Positions 19,455 to 29,416 of a DNA stretch of 64,000 nucleotides are shown in pieces. The notes below the pieces were generated by a model. That model was not told the origin of the DNA and did no database searches. It saw nothing but the letters and a program-made list of their open reading frames with translations. Each line of letters begins with the position of its first letter. Position 1 is the stretch's first letter. Made by a program: the position numbers and the translations under genes. The DNA comes from Candidatus Hadarchaeota archaeon. Its GTDB lineage: Archaea; Hadarchaeota; Hadarchaeia; Hadarchaeales; JAGGTB01. The stretch lies in the NCBI GenBank assembly GCA_964384105.1, contig CAYLJV010000001.1:608001-672000 (forward strand), read 5' to 3'.

Positions 19455-20111
19455 ATGAATTTGAGTCAGATATTGGTTGTGGATGATGAACCTGATCTTT
19501 GTGAGCTAGTTGAAGTAACTCTGAAAAGAAAAAAATATAGTGTATCCGCTGCTTGTAGTGGTGAAAAAGCATTAGAAATGCTGGAAGATGAAACACCTGA
19601 TCTAATTCTATTAGATGTAGGACTACCAGGCCTAAACGGCTGGGAGGTTCTAAAGGAGATGGCTGGGAGGAGTACTATAGAAAAGGTTCCAGTGGCAATG
19701 TTTACGGGGGAGAAACTTACTTTGACGGAGATACTCCGGAAGGATATAGAAAATTTAGTCGGATACATCGAGAAGCCATTCAATAGTTCAGATCTTTTAA
19801 GTACAGTAGAAAAAATCCTAGAGAGAACTAGGCGGATATACCGTATAAAAGAGGAAATAGCGAACTGCCCGAATGGTGGAGAGGATTTATCCCGAGCGTT
19901 TCTTGCTTGGAATAGAACCCAAATGATACATGAGAGGCTCTTGGAGAAGCTGAAGGAACTAAGATGGGAATATGTTGACGATGACAAGCTTGCTAGAATC
20001 GATGATTTGATAGAGGGAGAAAAACAGACCATACAAGAATCCAAATTGAAAAAAACAGAAATACTTAGGTTAGCGGGTCTTGAAGATTTGGTTTGCCCAA
20101 AAGTTTCTTAA
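19455..20111 (+). CDS. Response regulator: receiver domain + helical C-terminal extension
   Basis: ILVVDDE, DLILLD (phospho-Asp), GYIEKPF. Start placed after GGAGGT (ATG 19455 or TTG 19461). Confidence 0.88.
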   Translation: MNLSQILVVDDEPDLCELVEVTLKRKKYSVSAACSGEKALEMLEDETPDLILLDVGLPGLNGWEVLKEMAGRSTIEKVPVAMFTGEKLTLTEILRKDIENLVGYIEKPFNSSDLLSTVEKILERTRRIYRIKEEIANCPNGGEDLSRAFLAWNRTQMIHERLLEKLKELRWEYVDDDKLARIDDLIEGEKQTIQESKLKKTEILRLAGLEDLVCPKVS

Positions 20112-20294
20112 TGTTTTTAGGAACTTCACCGATTCCAAAATCTTATTTTTGCGATAAGTTTGATTTAGAGGTAAACGTAAATGGGTTATTGTGTTCTTGG
20201 GGTTGTTCCTACAGTTAATTGATGGCTTGCTGAGTCTTGGAGAAAGATATTCAAGGCTTAAGAATATTTTATTTACTGGACATGAGGGATTTGA

Positions 20295-21116
20295 TTGGAA
20301 ATATTCTCTATATCTCGTTTAAGGAAATTTGAGGAATGTCCACGAGCTTATAAATTTAGGTATATAGAGAAACCCGAGGTAGAGAGAATTCAGAATATAT
20401 ACGGTTTTTTGGGTTCTAGAGTTCATGAAACACTTGAAAAGCACTACACCGATCTGATGGATGGATTTTGTAATTCTATCGATGATCTTCTTGGCTACTA
20501 CAATAAGATTTGGAGTGAAAACTGGTCAGAGGATATTCTAGTTTACGGTAACCGTTCAGTTGAGGAGTACAAAGAGGACGGAAAAAACTGTATCACAAAT
20601 TATTATTCTTGTAACGAACCATTTGAGGAAGATACAACGATAGACACGGAACTTAATCTTCGTTGTTCTTTGGAGGCCTATGGAGAAAATTACGATTTTC
20701 AAGGGTATATTGACAGGCTTTCTAAGGGGTCAAACGGGTCCTACGAAATTCATGATTATAAAACTTCTAAGAATATACCATCTCATGGAGAGCTAGAGGA
20801 GAATCGTCAGCTAGGTCTTTACCAGATTGCGGTTCAACAGAACTATCCAGATGCTGAAGAAATTGAATTGGTTTGGCATTATGTTAGATATGGTGAAGAA
20901 TTTAGATTTAAAAAAACCGAAGAAAATCTCAGAAGACTTAAAATAAATTTAGTTAGGACGGTCAGAAAAGTAGAGAGAGCAAAGAAAAGAGATATTTTTC
21001 CTGCAAAGAGATTTAACGGTGCTAGATGTGATTGGTGTGACTACCAGCATTTATGTGAAGCATGGTCTAAGGATAGGAATGCGAAAATAAAAAGAAAGTT
21101 AGAAGATTTTCTTTAA
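20295..21116 (+). CDS. RecB/Cas4-like PD-(D/E)xK nuclease with Fe-S cysteine motif
   Basis: S.SRL..FEECP, G..VH..LE, GYIDRL, IHDYKT, QLGLY, CDWCDYQHLC. Confidence 0.88.
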   Translation: MEIFSISRLRKFEECPRAYKFRYIEKPEVERIQNIYGFLGSRVHETLEKHYTDLMDGFCNSIDDLLGYYNKIWSENWSEDILVYGNRSVEEYKEDGKNCITNYYSCNEPFEEDTTIDTELNLRCSLEAYGENYDFQGYIDRLSKGSNGSYEIHDYKTSKNIPSHGELEENRQLGLYQIAVQQNYPDAEEIELVWHYVRYGEEFRFKKTEENLRRLKINLVRTVRKVERAKKRDIFPAKRFNGARCDWCDYQHLCEAWSKDRNAKIKRKLEDFL

Positions 21117-21237
21117 ATATTCGTTCCCAAAAATTTCGAACCTTGTGTTTTATTTTTTTGGACGGAATTAGAAAAAAGATATCATAGAAAACAATAATTT
21201 TTAAACTCTCTCGTTCATTATTGGGTCTGGGGATAAT

Positions 21238-21693
21238 TTGGACAGCGATAGAATATTAGGTGCAGGGATAATAATTGCCTGTATATTAGCCGCCGTTCTC
21301 TATTTCGGTTTCATCTATCTTGGTTTTGCCGAAGAAGTGCTTCTAGTAATTGTATCTATTGCGTTCTTACTCATCCTCGGAATAGGGGGCTGGATTGGCT
21401 GGACTATGGCTAGTACCCCGTCCCCGGAACCAATAGAGGATTTGGACGTTCAAGATACGTCTCCGGAAGCTATCGAGGATGTTGATTTCGAAGAAAGTTC
21501 GGAAGAATCTGAAGAGGAATTCAGAGAGAAAATAAGTTCTATTGATGGGATGACTGAAAGGAGAGTGAATGCATTGATAGAAGGTGGATATGATTCCATT
21601 GATTCACTTAAACAGGTAGATGAATCTGATTTGACGGAAGTAAAAGGTATCGGATCAACTTTGGCTAAGAGAATAAAATCTAAGTATAGGTAA
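21238..21693 (+). CDS. Two-TM membrane protein fused to a C-terminal helix-hairpin-helix domain
   Basis: Two hydrophobic helices ending WIGWTMASTPSPEPIE, an acidic linker, then IDGM...L.EVKGIGSTLAKRI HhH motifs. Confidence 0.75.
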   Translation: MDSDRILGAGIIIACILAAVLYFGFIYLGFAEEVLLVIVSIAFLLILGIGGWIGWTMASTPSPEPIEDLDVQDTSPEAIEDVDFEESSEESEEEFREKISSIDGMTERRVNALIEGGYDSIDSLKQVDESDLTEVKGIGSTLAKRIKSKYR

Positions 21694-21702
21694 TTGATCT
21701 CT

Positions 21703-22782
21703 TTAATGCGAGTGAAGGATATTAACCGACAATTTTTCTAGAGCGCTTAGTCTCTTCTTTATACTCGGGTGTGTCGAAAATATTTCCATAAGTTTTTCTT
21801 TGAATGTTAACTTCTGCTTACTATACATCTCTACGAGTTCTTGGTCTGTTAGTTCTTCTTTTTCCGGTCTATATGAAGTGTCCGGGTCTGAGATGAAAAG
21901 CGGTTTTAGTGACATTCCCAGGCTCCCTGTTTCATTTCTACTTGGTTTTCTTTGCTCCGGGCCCTTAACGTATACTCGACGTCCTGATGAGTCGTGAGCT
22001 ATGTAAACGGTCTGATTTCTTCCTCTGAAATTCATTTCGCTTCTCTTTTCTTCTTTCATTCTCTCCGTCCTGTGGCTTATTTTTGCTAGACCTTCTGACA
22101 GTTTTCTCGCGCCGTCGGGGACATTTTCTGCAGAAAATCTGTCTGCGAAGAATTCTCGTGTTCTGCTAAAGTTCATAATGCAGAGATTCAAAACGAGATA
22201 TATTCCCATTGAGACTCCAGCGATGGCCATCAGCGGGAGACCATTCCTTCTTCCCCCACCTCCAAAAAATCCGGAGAGTAGGAATACTCGGCCTATCATC
22301 AAAAAAATCGCTGGTAGTACAGATAGAAACATCATTGCTCTTCCGTCTCCGTGTTTGTGATGCCCCATTTCATGTCCTATTACGGCTTCTACTTCTTCGA
22401 ATTCAAGTGAGTCTAAGAGTCCTTTAGTAACTGCAATTTTTTTCCCTGACCACATGTTTCCATAAGCAAACGCATTTGGAATTTTCGTCTTGGCTATCAT
22501 AAGCTGTGGTTTTTCCATTTTCGAAACCTTCGCAATTTCTTCTAGTGCTTTATGGAGTTGGGGATATTCCTCTTCTGAAGCAGGTTCTACTTTGTGAGCC
22601 CTCTCAATTATCTGAGGAGCAAATCTCCACTGAAGTACGAAGAGGGGGATAACTATTACGAGTACTATCATACTGGGTATAGACGTAAAGAACCCGATTA
22701 GAAAAGCTAATGCTAGTGTTACTACCGCAATCATGGCTGCTATAGAGCCGTACATGGAAAATTTTAGTTTCAAGTAATTCAT
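21703..22782 (-). CDS. htpX: HtpX-family M48 zinc metalloprotease
   Basis: PNAFAYG, IAVT.GLL, HEMGH, SRTREFFAD, STHP; multiple TM helices. Confidence 0.92.
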   Translation of the reverse strand: MNYLKLKFSMYGSIAAMIAVVTLALAFLIGFFTSIPSMIVLVIVIPLFVLQWRFAPQIIERAHKVEPASEEEYPQLHKALEEIAKVSKMEKPQLMIAKTKIPNAFAYGNMWSGKKIAVTKGLLDSLEFEEVEAVIGHEMGHHKHGDGRAMMFLSVLPAIFLMIGRVFLLSGFFGGGGRRNGLPLMAIAGVSMGIYLVLNLCIMNFSRTREFFADRFSAENVPDGARKLSEGLAKISHRTERMKEEKRSEMNFRGRNQTVYIAHDSSGRRVYVKGPEQRKPSRNETGSLGMSLKPLFISDPDTSYRPEKEELTDQELVEMYSKQKLTFKEKLMEIFSTHPSIKKRLSALEKLSVNILHSH

Positions 22783-22951
22783 TGGTTTCCCATCTCTTCT
22801 TAACTTACCTTAAAAGTTATTGTATGTTTTCTCGTTTAACTTCAGTTTTTCTTTTTTGGTATTTACTGATGTGGCTTATTGATGCTAAATGAGTCGACTT
22901 CCGTAAGAGCGATTAAGGAGATGTTACATAATATTAGAGGGAGGGAGAAAT

Positions 22952-23407
22952 TTGCTATTTGTTAGAAGGTATAATGATTTGAAAACAGAGCTGGATTCTT
23001 TTTATAGAGATATAGTCGACGAACTCAAGAAGGAAAAGGGGCTGAGAATAGTCAATGAGCTTTGTGGCTGTTTGAGTAATGAAAGAGAGTTCAAGAGTGT
23101 TACTGCGGTAAAGGCGAGTATTCCTAGAAGATTAACAGGCACATTAAGAGAATTAACTATTACAGTTGCAGGTGACTCTGATGATTTTTTCGTAGAAATT
23201 CACATTGGAACTTGGCTGAAGGGAACTATTTCAAAAGATGGTTCCCTGGATAAAGAAAAATCTATAGTAGAAAAATTAGCTAGGAGAGTTGGGTACACTC
23301 CTCTCTTGGACTATAGAAGTGAACTAATCAAAAGGATTGATGAGCTAGTTAGGAAACATAGCGAGAAAGAGCTTACTTCTAAAAAGATAGAAGCGGTCCA
23401 TGCGTAG
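22952..23407 (+). CDS. Hypothetical protein
   Basis: 151-aa ORF preceded by GAGGGAGGGAG; no motif I can assign. Confidence 0.6.
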   Translation: MLFVRRYNDLKTELDSFYRDIVDELKKEKGLRIVNELCGCLSNEREFKSVTAVKASIPRRLTGTLRELTITVAGDSDDFFVEIHIGTWLKGTISKDGSLDKEKSIVEKLARRVGYTPLLDYRSELIKRIDELVRKHSEKELTSKKIEAVHA

Positions 23408-23457
23408 AATTTAAGTCTCATCTACACAAACTTTTTCTTTCGATATATCTTGAAAAT

Positions 23458-25143
23458 ATGGTGTGTAGAATGACTTCACCTTCCCCAAATAGACGGAAAT
23501 ACGCTTATTTCAGCATGGAGATTGGAATTGATCCCCGAATGCATACCTACAGCGGGGGGCTAGGAGTTCTGGCGGGGGATACTATAAAATCCTTTGCTAA
23601 GTTGGAGATTCCAGTTGTGGGAATTACCCAGCTAAATAAAAAAGGTTATTGTAGACAGGAATTAGACGAAAATGGAAATCAAATTGACTATTCGAATGAA
23701 TGGGGTCCGGATGAATTCCTTGAGCCAATCTCGGTGGATACGAAAGTCAAGATTGAAGGTAAAGATGTTAAATTGGGTGTTTGGAAGAAAGAGATTAAAT
23801 CACCGTTTAGCGAATTTTTCGTTCCAATATTCTTTTTAGATACGGATCTTCCGGAAAACGAGGAGCGATATAAGGATATCACCGATAGATTATATTTGGG
23901 TGATCGTAGATATCGTTTTTTTCAAGAAGTTGTATTAGGAATTGGTGGTTTTAGAGTTCTTAGAGAATTAGGATTTAATAATATTCAAAAATATCATTTG
24001 AACGAGAGCCATTCAAGCTTGTTAACTTTAGAATTGCTGAAAGAGAATGAATGGGATTTAGAGAAGGTACGAAGGTTATGTACTTTTACTACTCACACTC
24101 CTGAAAAAAGCGGACACGATGTTTTTTCTTACGAACTAGTGTCAGACGTTTTGAAGGATTATATTTCCATACCTGAACTGAAGAAATTAAGTAAAGAAGA
24201 AAGTTTGGACATGACGTTGTTAGCCCTAGCTATTAGTGGTTATGCAAATGCTGTTTCAAAGAAACATAGAGAGATATCTAATAAGATGTTTCCAGATTAT
24301 CAAATAGATTCCATTACTAATGGTGTTTATGTTCCAGGATGGGTTTCTGAAGAATTTGAAAATATTTATGACCGATACCTATCCGGATGGAGGAAAGTTC
24401 CGTATAAGCTGCGACAGGCTGTCGAAATACCAAAAGGAGAAGTCTGGGATGCGCATCAGAAAGAGAAAGAGAAATTAATAGATTATGTTAATTCGAACAC
24501 TTCCCAGAAAATGAACGAGCAAACTTTCACAGTAGGTTTCGCTAGAAGAGCTACTCCTTATAAACGAGCGGATTTAATATTTAGCGACCTAGATAGGTTG
24601 GAGGAGGTTGCTAAGACTACTGGCCCGTTCCAGATTATATTCGGTGGTAAGGCCCACCCACACGACTTCGGTGGTAAGGAAATAATCAACGAGATATTTG
24701 AAAATAAGAGGAAATTAGAAAATGATATCAAAGTAGTATATCTTGAAAATTACGAAATGGATTTGGCGAAACTACTTACTTCAGGAGTGGATGTCTGGTT
24801 GAACACTCCTGAAAGGGGACGAGAAGCATGTGGGACTTCTGGTATGAAAGCTGCTTGTAATGGGATCCCTCAACTTAGCACTTTGGACGGGTGGTGGATA
24901 GAGGGACACATAGAAGATTTCACTGGTTGGAAGATTGGTCCAGAGCCCTCTGAAGAAGTTGAGAACTCGGCTGAAAGAGATTCATTTGATTTATATAAGA
25001 AATTGAAGGATGTAATAATCCCATGTTTCTATTCTGAAAGAGAGAAGTGGACAGAAATAATGCTCAATTCCATCTCTGTAAATGCTTCTTATTTTCATAC
25101 AGACCGAATGGTTGAGGAATACGTGCGAAATTCTTATTCTTGA
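23458..25143 (+). CDS. glgP: Alpha-glucan (glycogen/maltodextrin) phosphorylase
   Basis: AYFSMEIG, YSGGLGVLAGD, HLNESH, FTTHTP, FARRATPYKR, GKAHP, EACGTSGMKA (PLP Lys), DGWW.E. Confidence 0.95.
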   Translation: MVCRMTSPSPNRRKYAYFSMEIGIDPRMHTYSGGLGVLAGDTIKSFAKLEIPVVGITQLNKKGYCRQELDENGNQIDYSNEWGPDEFLEPISVDTKVKIEGKDVKLGVWKKEIKSPFSEFFVPIFFLDTDLPENEERYKDITDRLYLGDRRYRFFQEVVLGIGGFRVLRELGFNNIQKYHLNESHSSLLTLELLKENEWDLEKVRRLCTFTTHTPEKSGHDVFSYELVSDVLKDYISIPELKKLSKEESLDMTLLALAISGYANAVSKKHREISNKMFPDYQIDSITNGVYVPGWVSEEFENIYDRYLSGWRKVPYKLRQAVEIPKGEVWDAHQKEKEKLIDYVNSNTSQKMNEQTFTVGFARRATPYKRADLIFSDLDRLEEVAKTTGPFQIIFGGKAHPHDFGGKEIINEIFENKRKLENDIKVVYLENYEMDLAKLLTSGVDVWLNTPERGREACGTSGMKAACNGIPQLSTLDGWWIEGHIEDFTGWKIGPEPSEEVENSAERDSFDLYKKLKDVIIPCFYSEREKWTEIMLNSISVNASYFHTDRMVEEYVRNSYS

Positions 25144-25222
25144 ATTAGCTAGGTTTTTTTAAGAAGGAAAGTTCTACCTAAAAACAGAGTGTCCCTGGTT
25201 TCAAGGATGATGGGGTGGGATT

Positions 25223-25642
25223 TTGAGACTTGAAGTTGTAGATATTGAGCGATGTGTAGGATGTCAATTGTGCATGTTTGCTTGCTCTAGACGATGGGGT
25301 AGTGAGGGTAGTGGTCTCTCGGATTCAAGTATCGGTGTGACCTCGGTTGGTGGAACGGAAAGAGGATTTAAGGTGATTGTTTGCAGAGCTTGCGATAACC
25401 CACCATGTGCAAGGGCCTGTCCCACTGAGGCTCTGGAACCGAGAGAAGAAGGTGGTGGAGTTAATTTCGATTTTTCCAAGTGTACTGGATGTGGCCAGTG
25501 TGTAGACGCTTGCATTATTGGTGCTGTCTTTTGGAATGAGGAGGAAAACAAGCCAATGATTTGTAAGTATTGTGGATATTGTGCGGATTTTTGTCCACAT
25601 GGAGTTTTAGAGTTTGGAGAGGGAAAAAATGCTAGAAAATGA
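25223..25642 (+). CDS. 4Fe-4S polyferredoxin (AOR beta-subunit-like)
   Basis: Four Cys clusters: CVGCQLCMFAC, CRACDNPPCARACP, CTGCGQCVDAC, CKYCGYCADFCP. Overlaps the following AOR gene. Confidence 0.92.
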   Translation: MRLEVVDIERCVGCQLCMFACSRRWGSEGSGLSDSSIGVTSVGGTERGFKVIVCRACDNPPCARACPTEALEPREEGGGVNFDFSKCTGCGQCVDACIIGAVFWNEEENKPMICKYCGYCADFCPHGVLEFGEGKNARK

Positions 25643-27398
25643 TCCAATTGCGAATGTACTTTATGTAGACCTTTCCGAAAAGCGAGCCCACTGTGAGAGA
25701 CGAGAGGATCTCTTTAGCTCGAGATTGGGTGGTACGGGCGTTGCAATTAGACTACTACACGAAGAATGTCCAGAAGGGATAGATCCCTTGGACCCTGAAA
25801 ATCCAATAATTTTTGCTGTAGGACCTCTTAATGGGATTTATCCCATAGCATCGAAGACAGTTGCGATGTTTAAGTCACCCCATACAGGAGACTTGGGTGA
25901 GAGTCATTGTGGTGGTAGAAGTGCCACGTCTATCAGAATGGCTGGTTATGGAGCTATAGTAATAAAAGGATCCAGCGAACTTCCGTTATACTTAACCATT
26001 CATGATAACGATGTCTATTTCCGCGATGCTTCTACTCTGTGGGGGATGGAAAGTAGTTACACAGTGGGCAGGGTGATTAGGGAAAGAGAAAAGGGTTCGG
26101 GAGTAAGAACGATTATGAGAATTGGAAGAGCAGGGGAGAAACTCGTACCCTTTGCAAATGTAATTACGGAGACTTATAGACACTTCGGGAGACTTGGACT
26201 TGGTGCGGTTTTTGGAAGTAAAAAATTAAAGGCGATTCTTGTTTCTGGCAAGGGGTCTCTTTCTGTAGGTGATAAGAAGAGATACAGGAAACTGTATGAT
26301 GATATTTATGAAAAATCTACAGCTTCTCCCGCGATGGAGAAGTATCATGATATAGGAACTCCCGTAAATGTTGATCCTTTAAACGAGATTGGTGCTCTTC
26401 CCACTCGAAACTTGCAGTCCTCAAAATTCGAAGACGCTTCTAAAATCTCCGGGGAGTCTTTTGCCGAGGGGTATCTGGGTAGACGACTTGCATGTGCGCA
26501 CTGCCCTGTTGGTTGCATTCATATAGCAGCTCTCAGAGAACCTTATGAAGACGAATCGTATTTCTACAAAACTTCTTTCATCTCCTATGATTATGAACCT
26601 ATCTTTGCTTTGGCATCTATGTTGGGAGGATCCGACACTGTTGGATTTCTTAAATTATTGGATAGGATAGAAGACTTTGGCCTAGACGCTATGAGCACGG
26701 GAGTTGTTTTAGGTTGGGCTACTGAGGCTCAGGAAAAAGGGATTATCTCGGAGAAAGAGACTTTGGGTATTAAATTAAGCTGGGGTGATTATCCGAATTA
26801 TATTGAAGCGGTTCAAAATCTAGTTAATCAGCCGAACACTTTCTATAGGGATCTCGCTCAGGGCGTGGAGAAGGTTTCTTCCAAATACGGAGGAGAAGAT
26901 TTTGCTTTGTCCTTTGGTGGAAACGAAATGGCCGGCTATCATACTGGCCATGCCAACTACGTGGGCCTCTCGATTGGTGCAAGACATAGTCACCTTGATA
27001 ATGCGGGATATAGTTTAGACCAGAAACTTCCTAAAGATAGAGAGGTTACTCCCGAAGAGCTTACAGAAAAGTTGGTTAAGGAGGAACGCTGGCGTCAGAT
27101 CCTATCGAGTCTAGTTGTATGTTTCTTTGCGAGGGATATCTATAGCCCAGAGATTGTTTCTCAAGCTCTTGATACAATGGGTTTCGAATTCACTCCGGAG
27201 GACTTGAGCTTGCTGGGAAAAGAGATCCATGAAGACAAATACGATTTTAAGTTTAGGGAAGGTTTCTCTCTCGAAAAATTAAGATTGCCAAAGAGAATAT
27301 TCGAGACCTCAACTCCCCAGGGCGAGCTCAATGAGACGTATATAAGAAATATGATTGACCACTTTGGAAAAATAATTAGGGGAGAGAAAGTTGTCTAA
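25629..27398 (+). CDS. Second aldehyde:ferredoxin oxidoreductase family protein
   Basis: LGGTG, KSPHTG, IGRAGEKLV, GRLGLGAVFGSKKLKA, CAHCPVGC, YDYE, GLDAMS. Confidence 0.92.
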   Translation: MLENDPIANVLYVDLSEKRAHCERREDLFSSRLGGTGVAIRLLHEECPEGIDPLDPENPIIFAVGPLNGIYPIASKTVAMFKSPHTGDLGESHCGGRSATSIRMAGYGAIVIKGSSELPLYLTIHDNDVYFRDASTLWGMESSYTVGRVIREREKGSGVRTIMRIGRAGEKLVPFANVITETYRHFGRLGLGAVFGSKKLKAILVSGKGSLSVGDKKRYRKLYDDIYEKSTASPAMEKYHDIGTPVNVDPLNEIGALPTRNLQSSKFEDASKISGESFAEGYLGRRLACAHCPVGCIHIAALREPYEDESYFYKTSFISYDYEPIFALASMLGGSDTVGFLKLLDRIEDFGLDAMSTGVVLGWATEAQEKGIISEKETLGIKLSWGDYPNYIEAVQNLVNQPNTFYRDLAQGVEKVSSKYGGEDFALSFGGNEMAGYHTGHANYVGLSIGARHSHLDNAGYSLDQKLPKDREVTPEELTEKLVKEERWRQILSSLVVCFFARDIYSPEIVSQALDTMGFEFTPEDLSLLGKEIHEDKYDFKFREGFSLEKLRLPKRIFETSTPQGELNETYIRNMIDHFGKIIRGEKVV

Positions 27399-27516
27399 TT
27401 TTTCTTTTTTCGAAATTTTATTAATTGAATGATAATCATTCTCTGATTATTGGCTGATATATCGGCTGAAATGACATATTAATGCTTCTAGGTATATTTT
27501 AGGATGTTGTGATTCT

Positions 27517-28263
27517 ATGATCAATTTAGTTCTTTCGGGAATAGCAGTGATTGGAGTAATTATTGCAACCTTTACAGATCTTCGGAGTAATATCATCCCC
27601 AATAATTTAACTTATTCAATGATTTTAATGGGGGTCTTACTCCATCTAGGTTTTTATCTTTATCGAGGTGGTCTTTTCAGAGCTTTTTATGGCATTTTAG
27701 GAGGTTCAATAGCTTTTGGAATTGGTCTACTTCTTTATATCATAGGTGGTTGGGCAGGTGGTGACGTGAAGCTTTTGGCAGCTCTTGGTGCACTGCTTCC
27801 AACTTCTTCATCCCCGATTTTTTCGACTTCTGGTACCACACTTTTTTCAAGATTTCCTTTATTCCCCTTGACAATAATCCTAAATGGTTTGATTATCGTT
27901 GCGCCTTTTATCATTGCGTATATGATTTGGTGCTTTGCCAAAGGTGAGGGGATAACGTCCACTGATATTTCTATTTCTGAATTGAAACCGGGTTCTGTTC
28001 CAGCAGAAGCTATTTGGGAGGAGAGTGGAGATATTAAGAAGGGTGGTTCTCTACCCCAAAATTATGATAAGTGTTATCTGAACCCCCGTAGGTTAGAGGA
28101 GATCGATGAAAAACAGTTAGAAAAACTTCAGAAATTTTATGAACAGGGGAGGATAAGAGCGGTCAAGATTAGACGAATATTTCCTTTTGCGCCTGTGATC
28201 GCTGCAGGTACAATCTCAGGGATGTTGCTCGGTAACATTTATTGGGTTCTTATTTTTTTATAG
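27517..28263 (+). CDS. A24 prepilin/prearchaellin-type peptidase
   Basis: TDLRSNIIPN and GGGDVK-like AGGDVKL catalytic Asp motifs; C-terminal PFAPVI. Confidence 0.88.
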   Translation: MINLVLSGIAVIGVIIATFTDLRSNIIPNNLTYSMILMGVLLHLGFYLYRGGLFRAFYGILGGSIAFGIGLLLYIIGGWAGGDVKLLAALGALLPTSSSPIFSTSGTTLFSRFPLFPLTIILNGLIIVAPFIIAYMIWCFAKGEGITSTDISISELKPGSVPAEAIWEESGDIKKGGSLPQNYDKCYLNPRRLEEIDEKQLEKLQKFYEQGRIRAVKIRRIFPFAPVIAAGTISGMLLGNIYWVLIFL

Positions 28264-28294
28264 ATCCTATTCTGTCAAATTGGCTTGTAAGTTC

Positions 28295-29416
28295 CTATCT
28301 TCTATAATGGTCTAGTATTTTCGCTGCAGTGAGTCCCATTAAAAAACCTACACCGATATTTGTGAGTAGGGAGAGAATTGCCGTTATGAGAGTAACGGTC
28401 CAAGATTCGGTTTCTTTTCCTGCGAGTCCTAACTCAAGGGCTACGAAAATTAAGAGAGCGCCTAATATCGAGAAAGGGAAGAAGCCTAAAAACTCGGCTG
28501 AGCCTGCTAAGAATGCTATTCCCAAGTAAATCGAGCCAAGGATTATGTTCGAACCACCAGTCCTTGCTCCGAACCTGTATTGACCCGCTAGACCTCCTGA
28601 TCCGTGACACATGGGGAATCCACCAAAGACACTAGAGGTGATGCACATTATACCCATAGAACCGGAGATTTTGTCGGGATCCACCTTCTGATTTAGAAGA
28701 TCTTTGAAGAGTAGAGAAGTAGCAAGTACAGCGTTCCCTGCAGTAAGAAAGAACTGAGGCAGGACTCCATGTATCAGGGCGTCTGGCAAGCTACTAATTG
28801 CTGGAATTTGGATAGAGGGGGTTGTCATTAGAACTATTGGTGGGAATCCGTTTGAATATATTCCGTAGATTATCCCAATTAGAATAACTACGAATGCAGC
28901 TATGTTCGGGAAGTCTCTTTTACTTTTCAAGATCAAAAATAGGACTACAACAATTATTCCAAGAAGCGCCAACCATATATGATTCCCAATGTAGCCTATT
29001 GAAGTTTGAAGTAATATAAGGGCTAATCCCAGCTGGATGCCTCTTACTACGCTTTTTGGCACGAACTTATCGATCTTTTTCATTAGTCCAGTAATCCCAG
29101 AAATCAGAAGTAATACTCCTAACAAGATTCCACTTAGTACAAGACCAGAGTGACTGAGACTTCCCGCTATCGCTACCGCTGCTAAACCTTTCATTGGCTC
29201 CACGGGCATTGGCAATTTGTAATATAGTCCCGAGGCAATCTGAAATATACCAAAGAATAGTAGCATGTGAGATAGACTAAATCCCGCAGTTAGAGCTATA
29301 CCTATTATCAGGGGGACTACAGTTAGGGAATCACCGAGAGCTCCCGAAAATTCTTCTAAGGTAAATCTAAATCCGCCGTCGCTTTTTTTGGTTTTTAATT
29401 CCGCCATAATGACCAT
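28295..29416 (-). CDS. MOT1-like molybdate (oxyanion) transporter
   Basis: E.SGALGD, PMPVEPMK, VVRGIQLGL, PMCHGSGGLAGQYRFGARTG. Confidence 0.88.
   Translation of the reverse strand: MVIMAELKTKKSDGGFRFTLEEFSGALGDSLTVVPLIIGIALTAGFSLSHMLLFFGIFQIASGLYYKLPMPVEPMKGLAAVAIAGSLSHSGLVLSGILLGVLLLISGITGLMKKIDKFVPKSVVRGIQLGLALILLQTSIGYIGNHIWLALLGIIVVVLFLILKSKRDFPNIAAFVVILIGIIYGIYSNGFPPIVLMTTPSIQIPAISSLPDALIHGVLPQFFLTAGNAVLATSLLFKDLLNQKVDPDKISGSMGIMCITSSVFGGFPMCHGSGGLAGQYRFGARTGGSNIILGSIYLGIAFLAGSAEFLGFFPFSILGALLIFVALELGLAGKETESWTVTLITAILSLLTNIGVGFLMGLTAAKILDHYRR

Noticed and set aside
19466-20044. 192-aa antisense ORF and the many other shadow ORFs in the track
   Set aside because: They lie opposite or within well-supported genes and have Ser/Phe/Ile-rich antisense composition without motifs.
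20295-21116. CRISPR-Cas locus suggested by the Cas4-like gene
   Set aside because: No repeat-spacer array or other cas genes were seen anywhere in the window.
27425-27475. C/D box sRNA (three CTGA motifs upstream of the prepilin peptidase)
   Set aside because: No proper RTGATGA C box, and guide spacing is inconsistent.
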